A stretch of 42,567 nt of DNA, from contig JAIRPZ010000140.1 of NCBI GenBank assembly GCA_031256755.1, positions 1 through 42,567 of the forward strand, in the 5' to 3' direction. The position numbers were made by a program, and so were the translations under genes. Positions 23,356 to 32,279 of the stretch are shown one piece after another. The notes beneath the pieces were generated by a model. It made no database searches. It worked only from the letters and a program-made list of their open reading frames with translations, and had not been told where the DNA came from. Numbering within the stretch: the first letter of the stretch is position 1; the number at the start of each line of letters is the position of its first letter. The DNA is from Planctomycetaceae bacterium. Lineage in GTDB: Bacteria; Planctomycetota; Planctomycetia; Pirellulales; Thermoguttaceae.

Positions 23356-25101
23356 TCACATTTCCGGTTCTTTTGCGTCAAGATAGAGCCGGATTTGCCG
23401 TTGTGCCGGCTGACTCTGCCGAATCAGTAAACAGCCCGACGGGGTATCCGTTACGATTTCGCCGCCGCCGATAGTTTCCGGGGCATCCGCCCGAACCCAC
23501 GATTCCGGCTCGACCGCAGAGCGCAGAGACAGAGCAATATCTTCTAATGTTTTTCCTTCCTGAAGCCGGCAAAGGTGAATCTCCGCCGTCATACGATCCT
23601 TCTGCCGGGCGTATTCGGCAGATGTAATTTCCAGCGTCTTGGCATCAATAATCCGGTAAGTCAACGAAGCCGCCTCAACCGAATGGAGAGTCCATTCCAA
23701 AACGCTGTTAAGTGTTCCCTGATTGCATTGAACGCTTGCCTGTGCCGCATTGAACGGCAGCAATGTCTCTTGAAACGCCCGGTGATCAATCAAAAATATC
23801 AATTTTGTCCGATCTTCCAGCCGGCTGATAATCTGTGCAAGCGGCACCGGCTGATAATAATTGAGCGTGAGCGGCTTCATCACTTCGTCCCAGCCGAATG
23901 TTTCCGGTGCCAACTGCTCGCCGGTCCATTCTGTTTTTTGCGGCAAATGCCGAAGAACGCGGAGTTGTTCGAGAAATTTTTGAATTTCAATAAACGTCCG
24001 GTGCGGTGTTTTTGCCTGCACGACCGTCAACATATTGTCCGGCAATACGGTTATCTTTTCGCCGGGGCAAACGATTTTTTGAATCCGGTCGGCGAGAACT
24101 GCGGGTTTTAAGTCCTCCGTTTTTGCGGAAAAATCGGAAACATCAAATAAAACATCCGGCATTTTTCCCGTATCTTCTTTCGGCACGATAAGAATTTGAC
24201 GGTCAGCGGTCATCCATTGCAAATGAAGCGAATCCAATATTTGAGTCAAAACAGAAGCGGCTGTTTGATCCCGGAATTCTCCGCTGACCGGAGAGTCCGC
24301 CGAAAGACCGGCAAGTTTAACCGCATCAATATCGAGGGTCATCGGAACACCGGTCATACGGGAAAAAAACCGGATAAAATGCACCAGTGCAATGTTATCA
24401 ACATGCAATTCGGCAACAGGCAACTCCAGTTTTGCTGCAATGTTGATTTTTTGTACAGAATGTTCGATCAGAGCGGGACCGTTTTTTTCCTTTCCGGCTG
24501 CTGAATCGTCTGTCAGCCGGACGCTGATTTTCGGCACAGCCGCATCTTCCGGCGGCAGCACCGGCGCATCCGTTTGTGCCGGTGCCGGTTTCGGCGAAAC
24601 GGGTTCGGGCAATGCCGGTTCCGCTGAAACCGGAGACGGTGCCGGATGCGGCGCGGGATTCGGTTTTTCCACGGCACCGGCAGGACGTACCTGCTGCCGG
24701 TTGCGGGACCACTCTTTTTTCGTAAACAATACGAAATAGCCGAGAACAAGCAAAAGAAAAACCAAAAAGAATAAAATACCGAGCAGGAGTTTTCGGGTTT
24801 TGATTTCTGTATCGGAAAGTTCCGTTTCACGGCATGCCTCTTCACCGGCGGTATTTTGCGGTGTTGCCGTTGGAGCGGAAGATTGGAAAGCATCCGAAAC
24901 CGGCGGAACAGTGTTCGCGGATTCGTTTGCCGGTACATCGGGCGGTTTCCGCAAAGTGCCTATAGTCGGTGTGATTGCATCGACCGGACGCGGCACCTGA
25001 AGTAAGCATTTGCATTTCGGACACGCAACGATTTTACCGATCAGTGCGTCATTTTTGACGGTCAGTTTTGCTCCGCAAGTTGTGCAAAAAATGATGATCA
25101 T
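23356..25101 (-). CDS. zinc-ribbon / Pro-rich / single-TM protein with repeated secretin-N (STN/FecR-C-like) periplasmic modules
   Basis: N-terminal CTTCGAKL...CPKCKC (MJ0042-type ribbon). TM helix LLLGILFFLVFLLLVLGYFVLF. P/A-rich linker, then modules such as NIALVHFIRFFSRMTGVPMTLDID...ASVLTQILDSLHLQW and ESWVRADAPETIGGGEIVTDTPSGCLLIRQSQPAQRQIRLYLD. Confidence 0.65.
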   Translation of the reverse strand: MIIIFCTTCGAKLTVKNDALIGKIVACPKCKCLLQVPRPVDAITPTIGTLRKPPDVPANESANTVPPVSDAFQSSAPTATPQNTAGEEACRETELSDTEIKTRKLLLGILFFLVFLLLVLGYFVLFTKKEWSRNRQQVRPAGAVEKPNPAPHPAPSPVSAEPALPEPVSPKPAPAQTDAPVLPPEDAAVPKISVRLTDDSAAGKEKNGPALIEHSVQKINIAAKLELPVAELHVDNIALVHFIRFFSRMTGVPMTLDIDAVKLAGLSADSPVSGEFRDQTAASVLTQILDSLHLQWMTADRQILIVPKEDTGKMPDVLFDVSDFSAKTEDLKPAVLADRIQKIVCPGEKITVLPDNMLTVVQAKTPHRTFIEIQKFLEQLRVLRHLPQKTEWTGEQLAPETFGWDEVMKPLTLNYYQPVPLAQIISRLEDRTKLIFLIDHRAFQETLLPFNAAQASVQCNQGTLNSVLEWTLHSVEAASLTYRIIDAKTLEITSAEYARQKDRMTAEIHLCRLQEGKTLEDIALSLRSAVEPESWVRADAPETIGGGEIVTDTPSGCLLIRQSQPAQRQIRLYLDAKEPEM

Positions 25102-25151
25102 TGTTTGACACGGCTGTTTCCGGCGGAGTCTCTCCGCGTTATTCTTTCTGT

Positions 25152-25160
25152 ATTGTACCA
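25152..25160 (-). promoter_or_regulatory. extended -10 promoter TGgTACAAT for the zinc-ribbon protein gene
   Basis: The minus strand reads TGGTACAAT about 50 nt upstream of ATG 25101. Confidence 0.4.
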
Positions 25161-25217
25161 GAAACGGCGGAGTCCCGCAGCCAGCCGGCGCGGGTTGTTC
25201 AAAAATCAGTCGGGTTC

Positions 25218-25823
25218 TTATTTTAACTGTCTGATATAACTGTCGATCAGACCGATATAATCTTTGGTATCCAAAATATCGGTGACGGTCAGGTTCAGCA
25301 CAAAAGATTCCAGCATACCGTAAAGGTGGTGCGAGATCATTTCGGTATGACGGATGTTTGTATTACAGAGGTTGATTTCACCGCTATCGGCGGCTTCCCG
25401 CAGCAAGCGGACAAACAGGTTTTTCATTCCGAAGGTATGGCAGCGGACTTGGCGGCGGACATCTTTTCCGCTTTGTTTTTGTGTGAGAATATAATCTAAA
25501 ATGACGGTCAGGAAAATTCTGTTTTCCGCGAGCAGCCGAACCGTGATGTGGAGAATCCGTATGAGTTTTTCCAGCGGAGCGGCATCGGTTTGCCGAAGCA
25601 CTCTTTCAATGAGTGTGTTCAGATTTCCGGCGGCAAGCCGAACCGCATAGAGAAAGATTTCTTCTTTATTGCGGAAATACTTGTAAATTGCTGTCCGGGC
25701 AATACCGCACCGGTCGGCAATTTTCTGATAGGTCACGCCGCGGTACCCTTCTTCGGCAAAGAGGGCGAAAGCCCTTTCTAAAATTGCCAGACGGCGTTGC
25801 CGGTGATCAACGATGACGGTCAT
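25218..25823 (-). CDS. TetR/AcrR-family transcriptional regulator
   Basis: N-terminal HTH region ILERAFALFAEEGYRGVTYQKIADRCGIARTAIYKYFRNKEEIF. Length of 201 aa is typical for the family. Confidence 0.9.
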   Translation of the reverse strand: MTVIVDHRQRRLAILERAFALFAEEGYRGVTYQKIADRCGIARTAIYKYFRNKEEIFLYAVRLAAGNLNTLIERVLRQTDAAPLEKLIRILHITVRLLAENRIFLTVILDYILTQKQSGKDVRRQVRCHTFGMKNLFVRLLREAADSGEINLCNTNIRHTEMISHHLYGMLESFVLNLTVTDILDTKDYIGLIDSYIRQLK

Positions 25824-25829
25824 TACCTT

Positions 25830-25838
25830 ATTATATCA
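25830..25838 (-). promoter_or_regulatory. extended -10 promoter TGaTATAAT 6 nt upstream of the TetR ATG (leaderless arrangement)
   Basis: The minus strand reads gtgacgTGATATAATaaggtaATG. TGACG/CGTCA half-sites at 25814-25818 and 25839-25843 bracket it. Confidence 0.5.
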
Positions 25839-25906
25839 CGTCACACTTCTGCGGGCGGCAGGGTCAATGCCGGAGTGAAAACCGGTCGGCACGTTTCCCG
25901 TTATGT

Positions 25907-25938
25907 GCCGGAAAATACAGCGAGGAAAAAATTCGTGA
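25907..25938. repeat. 32-bp box, copy A (GCCGGAAAATACAGCGAGGAAAAAATTCGTGA), upstream of the TetR gene
   Basis: 30/32 identical to 29191-29222, in the same orientation. Confidence 0.85.
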
Positions 25939-25974
25939 CGTACATCCCCCGCTCTCATTATTGCCGGAAAGCGT

Positions 25975-28900
25975 TCACTTTGCTTCTCCCTCTGTTTCTT
26001 TTATCACCGTAACAGGACCGAGAAGTCCCGACTCTTGCAGCGGAGAATCTTTGGTGTAGTGTTTCCACGTTGCAAATGTCAACCGCCCTGTCGGACGTTT
26101 TTCTCCCTTCAATACCCAGTCAGGAAACTTCCCGGCCGCAATCCCGTCTTCCGGCAACTGCTCATCGCCAATCAGCCGGTTGACCCACAGGTTAATCACC
26201 TCGACTTGCAGCCGGTTACCTGCCGGTTTCAGCAAACCGGAAACATCCGCACGCCACGGATACGTCCATATCACCCCTAAATCTTTGCCGTTCAGCGTGA
26301 CTCTCGCCATGTTTTTTACGCTGCCGAAATCAAGGAAAACCTTACCGGTCAAAGCATCCGCCGGACAGTCAAATTCTTTCGTATAAATTGCCTTGCCGGA
26401 ATAATACCGGATACCCGGTTCGGTGTGCTTTGACCAATCAAGCAGCGCGTCAAAAACAACGTTCTCCGGTCCGCCCCGCTCCGGGTCAAAAGAGACATTC
26501 CACGAACCGGTCAATGCCGACAGTTGTTTAAACTCCGGCTCCGTTTTCACAGTATACGCCGTTTTTGCCGGCACCGCCGGTTTCGGATTCCCCTTTCGGA
26601 ATATCACGAAAAATGACTGATACGGTTCAAAGTATAAGGATACATGCATCTGCGGTCCCCATTGCCCGCTCCGCGCCGCTGCTTGCGGCGGCGGTTCTTT
26701 CTTTCCGGTCAGCGGATTCCAAACTTCAGGATAACCCGCGTCCGGCGAAACCCGGAAGACAATGTGTTCAGACACCTTTTTATTCGTCCGGTTCGAAACA
26801 AAATAAATTTCAGCATCCTCCGTTGTCCGGTGAGTGTACCGGAAATTGGCGGGGCTGATGTCGCTGTCGCGCAGCAAATCGCGGGGAGTGTTGATGGTTC
26901 CGGCAGCGGCTTCGCAGTCAGGTGCAAGACCGCTGTTTTTCAGGTACGCCGCGGTCAGGTCATAATGCGGATAAAGGTTGTCCGCTTTGGCTGCCATATC
27001 GCTGCACCAAACAATTTTTCCTTTGCCGAATTTGCGTACCGTAAGTTCCTGCGGTGCGGGGTCGGTTCCCCAAAGTTCCGCAGCCATTTGCCGGACTTCC
27101 TCATCGCACTTCGGATAATTGACCAAACTCGGCGACTTTTTCGGCGGAACTCCCATCACCGCCGCTCCGTCATTCACAAGCGATTTGATTTTTGCCAGCA
27201 ATTCCGGTGTCATTACCGCAACAGAAGGCAGCACAAGAATTTCATATTTTGCTCCGCTTGGGAAAACAATTTTTCCTTCTTTGACAACGGCTTTGGACAA
27301 CATTCCGGGCGGACATCCGTCAAAGTTGTATCCCTTTCTGTCCGGCAAAAAAGCGGTGCCGTCCATCGCCGATTGTGGATGAACGAAAGCACACGGCGAT
27401 CCTTCCAATGTAAGATACAAAATATCGGCAGCCGTGCGTCCCTGTTGCAGCAAAAACTGACACCGGGCAATGTAAGCATGATACGTATCCGCCCATTCCC
27501 ACCACGTATTATGCCTGTTCCATGAAACACCCCACCGTCCCATTGTCATTCCGGGCTTCAACCGGTCGTCAAGGGGCTGGTGCTGATACACGTGATAAAT
27601 GAACCGGTTGATGCCGTTTGCAAAAGCCCAGTCCCCCTGATTCTTTAAGGCACCGGGATACATTTTCCAGCCCTCGCCGTTGCCGGAAGTGAATGATTCT
27701 GCCGGTACAGCAGGTTGACCGAGAAGATGAGCGGCGGACGTGGCTTCGGCAACGCAATGCTCGCAGTTCCCGCCGAATCCCTGACTCCAGAATTCCGCCA
27801 TCGGCAAGTCCGCTGCACAAGCCATTTCCATTTCGGCAGCAGGGGTTTGGTCATACGGTTCGATGGAAAGTGTCAGTCCGTATTTTCTGCCGAATTCTTT
27901 AACCGCCAGAACGTGATTTTCAACAAGCAGTTCCTGCGCGGTGAAACGCAAATCCCAAAGGAAACGTTCACTCCGTTCTGTTGAATCAATCACGATACCG
28001 GCGTAAACAGGATAATAGGGCTGCGGATCGTATCCCCGCCGTTTGATGAATTCCTCGCGGAAATTCTCCGACCAATTCTGCGCCCCCACTTCCCAACTGT
28101 CGATGTGCAGCGTTTTCAGACCGCCGTCTCCTTCTTTTTTCACCGTACCGAGAACGTTGAAAATCTTTCCCAGATACGTATCAAGATGTTCCCGGACAGC
28201 ACCGGCATTCAACTTATCGGATTCCATACCGAAACCGGGCTGCGGGGCAGGAGTTGTCACCGAGCCGCTGTTCCGCGAGCCGAACCGCATCACAATCCAT
28301 TTTCCTTCGGGAACGTCCCATGTCAGTTTGCCGTCTGCGAATTGACCGGTGAGGTCAATCATCTTTCGGGACGCAACGGCAGGAAGATCGGGATATTCGG
28401 CGGCGGGCAAAATATAGGGGATAGTGCGGCGGTCAATAAAAAAACCGGTGCGGCTGTAGAGGGCTTTTTCATCAATTGCACTGATACTCTGCATTTTTTC
28501 CGGTGCAGGAAAAGCAAGAACGGCAGCGTCTTGATAAAAATCTTTTGCCGCCTGCACACGTAACGTTTTTTTCGGCGGCGGAACCGGCAAATCAATCGTT
28601 TGTTTGCGGCCGTTGCCGGTCACTTGTGTTTTGCTGTAAACGAGATGCTGCATGGATTTTTCCGGTTTGACCCACGGTCCGCCGCTGCCGCACCATCCGG
28701 GACCGATGGCAAGGGTCATATCAATGCCGAGCCGCCCGGCTTCTTTGACGGCATGTTTCATTCCTTGCAGCCATGGTTCGGAAAGTAAATCCGCTGTGCC
28801 GCGGGGAACGCCCTGATTGACTTCCATGTGAATAATATGTTCGAGACCGGCTTTTTTCATTGCCTCGAAATCTTTGGTGATGCCTTCGGGATTGAGGTTT

Positions 28901-29064
28901 CCGTCCATCACGAACCAATACACGCCGGGTTTGGCGGTATGCGGCGGATTTTGGAAACCGGTGAAAAGAGTGTCTGCCGGACGGCTTTCTGTAGCAGCGG
29001 CTGCGGAAAATAAGACGGCACAAACAAAAGGAGCAAGCGATTTGAAAGCGGGCGGTTTAGGCAT
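25975..29064 (-). CDS. large secreted glycoside hydrolase, GH106-like (alpha-L-rhamnosidase-type) with C-terminal jelly-roll
   Basis: Signal peptide present. N-terminal FQNPPHTAKPGVYWFVMDGNLNPEGITKDFEAMKKAGLEHI. C-terminal GKVFLDFGSVKNMARVTLNGKDLGVIWTYPWRADVSGLLKPAGNRLQVEVINLWVNRLIGDEQ. I remember both patterns from GH106-type and related glycosidases, so the family-level call is from memory only. Confidence 0.7.
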   Translation of the reverse strand: MPKPPAFKSLAPFVCAVLFSAAAATESRPADTLFTGFQNPPHTAKPGVYWFVMDGNLNPEGITKDFEAMKKAGLEHIIHMEVNQGVPRGTADLLSEPWLQGMKHAVKEAGRLGIDMTLAIGPGWCGSGGPWVKPEKSMQHLVYSKTQVTGNGRKQTIDLPVPPPKKTLRVQAAKDFYQDAAVLAFPAPEKMQSISAIDEKALYSRTGFFIDRRTIPYILPAAEYPDLPAVASRKMIDLTGQFADGKLTWDVPEGKWIVMRFGSRNSGSVTTPAPQPGFGMESDKLNAGAVREHLDTYLGKIFNVLGTVKKEGDGGLKTLHIDSWEVGAQNWSENFREEFIKRRGYDPQPYYPVYAGIVIDSTERSERFLWDLRFTAQELLVENHVLAVKEFGRKYGLTLSIEPYDQTPAAEMEMACAADLPMAEFWSQGFGGNCEHCVAEATSAAHLLGQPAVPAESFTSGNGEGWKMYPGALKNQGDWAFANGINRFIYHVYQHQPLDDRLKPGMTMGRWGVSWNRHNTWWEWADTYHAYIARCQFLLQQGRTAADILYLTLEGSPCAFVHPQSAMDGTAFLPDRKGYNFDGCPPGMLSKAVVKEGKIVFPSGAKYEILVLPSVAVMTPELLAKIKSLVNDGAAVMGVPPKKSPSLVNYPKCDEEVRQMAAELWGTDPAPQELTVRKFGKGKIVWCSDMAAKADNLYPHYDLTAAYLKNSGLAPDCEAAAGTINTPRDLLRDSDISPANFRYTHRTTEDAEIYFVSNRTNKKVSEHIVFRVSPDAGYPEVWNPLTGKKEPPPQAAARSGQWGPQMHVSLYFEPYQSFFVIFRKGNPKPAVPAKTAYTVKTEPEFKQLSALTGSWNVSFDPERGGPENVVFDALLDWSKHTEPGIRYYSGKAIYTKEFDCPADALTGKVFLDFGSVKNMARVTLNGKDLGVIWTYPWRADVSGLLKPAGNRLQVEVINLWVNRLIGDEQLPEDGIAAGKFPDWVLKGEKRPTGRLTFATWKHYTKDSPLQESGLLGPVTVIKETEGEAK

Positions 29065-29099
29065 GACTGCAAAATTTCTGTTCAGGGAGGTTTCGCCTT

Positions 29100-29108
29100 A
29101 TTTTATCA
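29100..29108 (-). promoter_or_regulatory. extended -10 promoter TGaTAAAAT for the glycosidase gene
   Basis: The minus strand reads TGATAAAAT about 36 nt upstream of ATG 29064. Confidence 0.4.
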
Positions 29109-29190
29109 AACAAACGGCAAGACGGATAGAGAAGACGGTGCTATAGCTTATGCAAGAGACCGAGAGCCGGCAGCCCGACAGCACAATACA

Positions 29191-29222
29191 GCCGGAAAAT
29201 ACAGCGCAGAAAAAATTCGTGA
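29191..29222. repeat. 32-bp box, copy B (GCCGGAAAATACAGCGCAGAAAAAATTCGTGA), upstream of the glycosidase gene
   Basis: 30/32 identical to 25907-25938, in the same orientation. Confidence 0.85.
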
Positions 29223-29648
29223 GATTCGTATTTTTCGGACAGTTTTGAGTTAAAAATTCCCTTACGAAGAACAAAACTGCACCGGTTCAGGGATGACGGT
29301 TGAAGCCATAATAACAATAATGGCAGTTATGCCGGTTCTTGACTGTCAGAGAAAAGAAATCCGCTCGGCTTCCAACGATAAAATAAAAAATCTATCCGGC
29401 TATTTTCAATTTATCGTTTCGCAAAAACGCTTCAATTTTCAATACCTGTCTTGTTTTTTGGGGTGCTGCTCAAAACTCATAGACAAAACCACTCATTGAG
29501 CAAAAACTGTATATCTATACGACAGGAATTTTACCATATCTGTTCTGCCTTGTCCAAAAGTACAAACACTTGGGTAGTTTATTATATTTCCATCTTCTAT
29601 TATATCAATGCCGAAACGCAACAGCCGGTGCCGTCCTGCCTGCGATGA

Positions 29649-29656
29649 TGTATAAT
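29649..29656 (+). promoter_or_regulatory. -10 box TGTATAAT for hemA
   Basis: TATAAT at 29651-29656 is preceded by TG, 33 nt upstream of ATG 29689. Confidence 0.45.
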
Positions 29657-29688
29657 ACAGAGACGCAGTAGGCACCATTCTTGTGATT

Positions 29689-30987
29689 ATGCTCCGTGTT
29701 ATCGGCTTAAACTATCGCTCCGCTCCGCAGGAAGTGCGGGAACGGCTGGCGTTTTCGCCGGCACAAACCGCCGCCGCCCTCAACGCATGGCAAGATAAAA
29801 CCGCTGACACCGAAGCCGTTCTCCTGTCAACATGCAACCGTACCGAATTTTATATCGCCGATCAAAACGGCGAACTCCCCGCCGCCGAACATTTACTGCA
29901 ATTTCTCCTCGACCAGAAATTCCCCGAACAAAACATCGGTGTTACGGCAAGTCCCGCACCGGCACCGCACGATTTCACGCCGTACCTTTTCACCCTTGAC
30001 GGCACCGAAGCCGCCGAACATCTTTTTGCCGTTGCCGCCGGTCTCGACAGCATGGTTCTTGGGGAAGTCCAAATTTTATCCCAAGTCAAAGCCGCTTACG
30101 GACTTGCTTATGAAGCCGATACTGCCGGAACTTATCTGAACACGCTTTTTCAGTCCGCCCTGAAAACCGCCAAACGGACGGCTGCCGAAACCGATTTGCA
30201 CAAACACCGGATCAGCGTGCCGAGCATTGCTGTTGCCGATTTTGCGATGCAGATTTTTGATCGGCTCGGTGATAAAAACATTCTCGTCCTTGGTGCCGGC
30301 GAAACGGGACGGGAAACAGTGCGGTATTTGATCGAATACGGTGCAAAAAATATCACGATTCTGAACCGGCACCGGGAACGTGCGGCAGCGTTGTCCGCTG
30401 AATTCGGTGCTGCTGCGGACGATTGGGAACGCCGGTTCGATTTAATGGTCGGAGCGGACATCATCGTTTCGGCGACAAGTTCGCCGGAACCGATTGTTTC
30501 GCTTGCCGATTACAAAGCGGCGGAAAGCAAACGGCAGGGACGGACATTGTTGATATTGGATTTAGCGGTACCGCGTGATTTTGAACCGTCCATCGGAACC
30601 CGATCCGGCGTGTATCTTTTGACGGTGGACGATTTACGGGCTGTGTGCGATAAGAACCGGCAGGAGCGGGACAAGGAAATTCCGAAAGCGAAAAAGATTG
30701 TGCAGCAGGCGGCTGCCGAATTTATGAAAGAGATGGTTCTCCGCCGCAGCGGGGCGGTCATTCAGCAGTTGCAGGAACGGTGGACGAAAACGAAAGATGC
30801 GGAATTGCAGCGGCTTTTCAATAAGTTGCCGGAATTGGACGAAAAGGAACGGGAAGAAATCCGGTATGCTTTTCACCGGCTGATGGCGAAATACATTCAT
30901 TCGCCGCTGGCATCGCTTCGGGACGAATCGGCAGACGGTGAACCGTATAAACTTCTGGATTCGCTCAAAAAATTATTCCGTTTGTGA
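29689..30987 (+). CDS. hemA: glutamyl-tRNA reductase
   Basis: MLRVIGLNYRSAP, active-site LSTCNRTEFY and the NAD(P) fold VLGAGETGRE. Start at ATG 29689, with GTG 29683 as an alternative. Confidence 0.9.
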   Translation: MLRVIGLNYRSAPQEVRERLAFSPAQTAAALNAWQDKTADTEAVLLSTCNRTEFYIADQNGELPAAEHLLQFLLDQKFPEQNIGVTASPAPAPHDFTPYLFTLDGTEAAEHLFAVAAGLDSMVLGEVQILSQVKAAYGLAYEADTAGTYLNTLFQSALKTAKRTAAETDLHKHRISVPSIAVADFAMQIFDRLGDKNILVLGAGETGRETVRYLIEYGAKNITILNRHRERAAALSAEFGAAADDWERRFDLMVGADIIVSATSSPEPIVSLADYKAAESKRQGRTLLILDLAVPRDFEPSIGTRSGVYLLTVDDLRAVCDKNRQERDKEIPKAKKIVQQAAAEFMKEMVLRRSGAVIQQLQERWTKTKDAELQRLFNKLPELDEKEREEIRYAFHRLMAKYIHSPLASLRDESADGEPYKLLDSLKKLFRL

Positions 30988-31136
30988 CGGGCGGGCAAAC
31001 CGCCGCCGCCAAGTTTTTTCCACAGCGGAACAATTTTCCCCATTTTTGCATTTCCGCTGTTGACAAATCTCCGATTTCGGAAAATTTGTCTTCACTGCTG
31101 TATTGACATACCCAATAAAAAACTTACAGTCGGAGT

Positions 31137-31163
31137 GCCATGCCGGTGTAAAGCAGGCATGGC
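31137..31163 (-). terminator. perfect 8-bp GC hairpin downstream of tpiA (possible terminator)
   Basis: GCCATGCC (31137-31144) pairs with GGCATGGC (31156-31163). On the minus strand a T6 run begins 14 nt after the stem, so this is not a canonical terminator. Confidence 0.3.
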
Positions 31164-31174
31164 GATGACGGGAA

Positions 31175-31930
31175 TTATGCCGATTTGAGGATGCCCAGAA
31201 ACGGCTCAACTTTGAGCGAGGCACCGCCGACAAGCGCGCCGTCCACATTCGGTTTTGCAAGGATTTCTGCGGCGTTTTTGTCATTCACACTGCCGCCGTA
31301 CTGAATCCGCACTTTTTCGGCAACTTCTTTGCTGTAATTCTTTTCGATCATTTTCCGAATCGCGGCGTGAACTTCTTCGGCTTGCTCCGGTGTTGCGACT
31401 TTTCCTGTGCCGATTGCCCAAACCGGTTCGTAAGCAATGACGCAATTCTCCATCTCTTTCGCCGCAATGCCGGAAAAGGAACCGTCAAATTGGCGGCGGA
31501 CAACATCTTCCGTTGTCCCGGCTTCCCGTTCTTTCAGAAGTTCGCCGACACAGACAATCGGTACAAGACCGGCAGCAAGAGCGGCTTTGACTTTCAAATT
31601 GACCTGCTCGCTGGATTCGCCGAGAATGTTCCGCCGCTCGCTGTGTCCGAGAATAACGTACCGGCACCCGATGTCTTTCAGCATATTTGCGCTGATTTCG
31701 CCGGTAAATGCTCCCTCTTTCTCGAAATAAACGTTTTGTGCGCCGACACCGACTGCCGTGCCTTTCAGGACAGCCGCAACTGCCTGAACATAAACAGCCG
31801 GCGGGCAAACCGCAATGTCGGCATTACTGATGCCGGCGGCGGCTTTTTTCAGCCCTTCGGCAAGTTCGAGAGACGCGGAAAGCGTCAGATTCATTTTCCA
31901 ATTCCCTGCAATGAAAATTCGTCGTGTCAT
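31175..31930 (-). CDS. tpiA: triosephosphate isomerase
   Basis: IAGNWKMN, ILGHSERR and AYEPVWAIGTG. Confidence 0.95.
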   Translation of the reverse strand: MTRRIFIAGNWKMNLTLSASLELAEGLKKAAAGISNADIAVCPPAVYVQAVAAVLKGTAVGVGAQNVYFEKEGAFTGEISANMLKDIGCRYVILGHSERRNILGESSEQVNLKVKAALAAGLVPIVCVGELLKEREAGTTEDVVRRQFDGSFSGIAAKEMENCVIAYEPVWAIGTGKVATPEQAEEVHAAIRKMIEKNYSKEVAEKVRIQYGGSVNDKNAAEILAKPNVDGALVGGASLKVEPFLGILKSA

Positions 31931-31991
31931 CGTCTTGAAAATAATTTTTGTCTACCGGCAACGCCGATCCGGCGGACGGTTTAACCGCACT

Positions 31992-32019
31992 ATTCTAACG
32001 GAAAACGATAAACAAACAA
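31992..32019 (-). promoter_or_regulatory. sigma-70-type promoter TTGTTT-16 nt-TAGAAT for tpiA
   Basis: On the minus strand, -35 is at 32019-32014 and -10 at 31997-31992. Confidence 0.4.
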
Positions 32020-32056
32020 CCCCCCAATCCGCCGCCCCTCGTTGCCGACCTCTCTG

Positions 32057-32080
32057 TGCAAAAAAGTGTATTATTTTGCA
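32057..32080. promoter_or_regulatory. inverted repeat TGCAAAA-N10-TTTTGCA (possible enhancer/UAS) within a TGCA-rich stretch
   Basis: 7-bp perfect arms lie about 140 bp upstream of the sigma-54-type promoter. Six TGCA cores occur between 32057 and 32140. Confidence 0.3.
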
Positions 32081-32196
32081 GTCCGCGTGCAGAATAATGC
32101 ATTTTTTGATCGGTGCAAAAAAATCATCAAATTGTGCAGTTTTTTATAACTCTTTTAATTTCAATATGTTATGACAAAAATATAAATTATTATTTT

Positions 32197-32211
32197 TGGC
32201 ACATTCTTTGC
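32197..32211 (+). promoter_or_regulatory. sigma-54 (RpoN) -24/-12 promoter TGGCACattctTTGC
   Basis: Matches TGGCAC-N5-TTGC with the canonical GG/GC spacing. It is located 15 nt upstream of GTG 32226 and 69 nt upstream of ATG 32280 of the sigma-factor gene. Confidence 0.55.
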
Positions 32212-32279
32212 GACAAAAATAAGTTGTGGTCATACCGAAAACGGCATCGAAAAACTGCCCGAACAAACCGCAAACTGCT

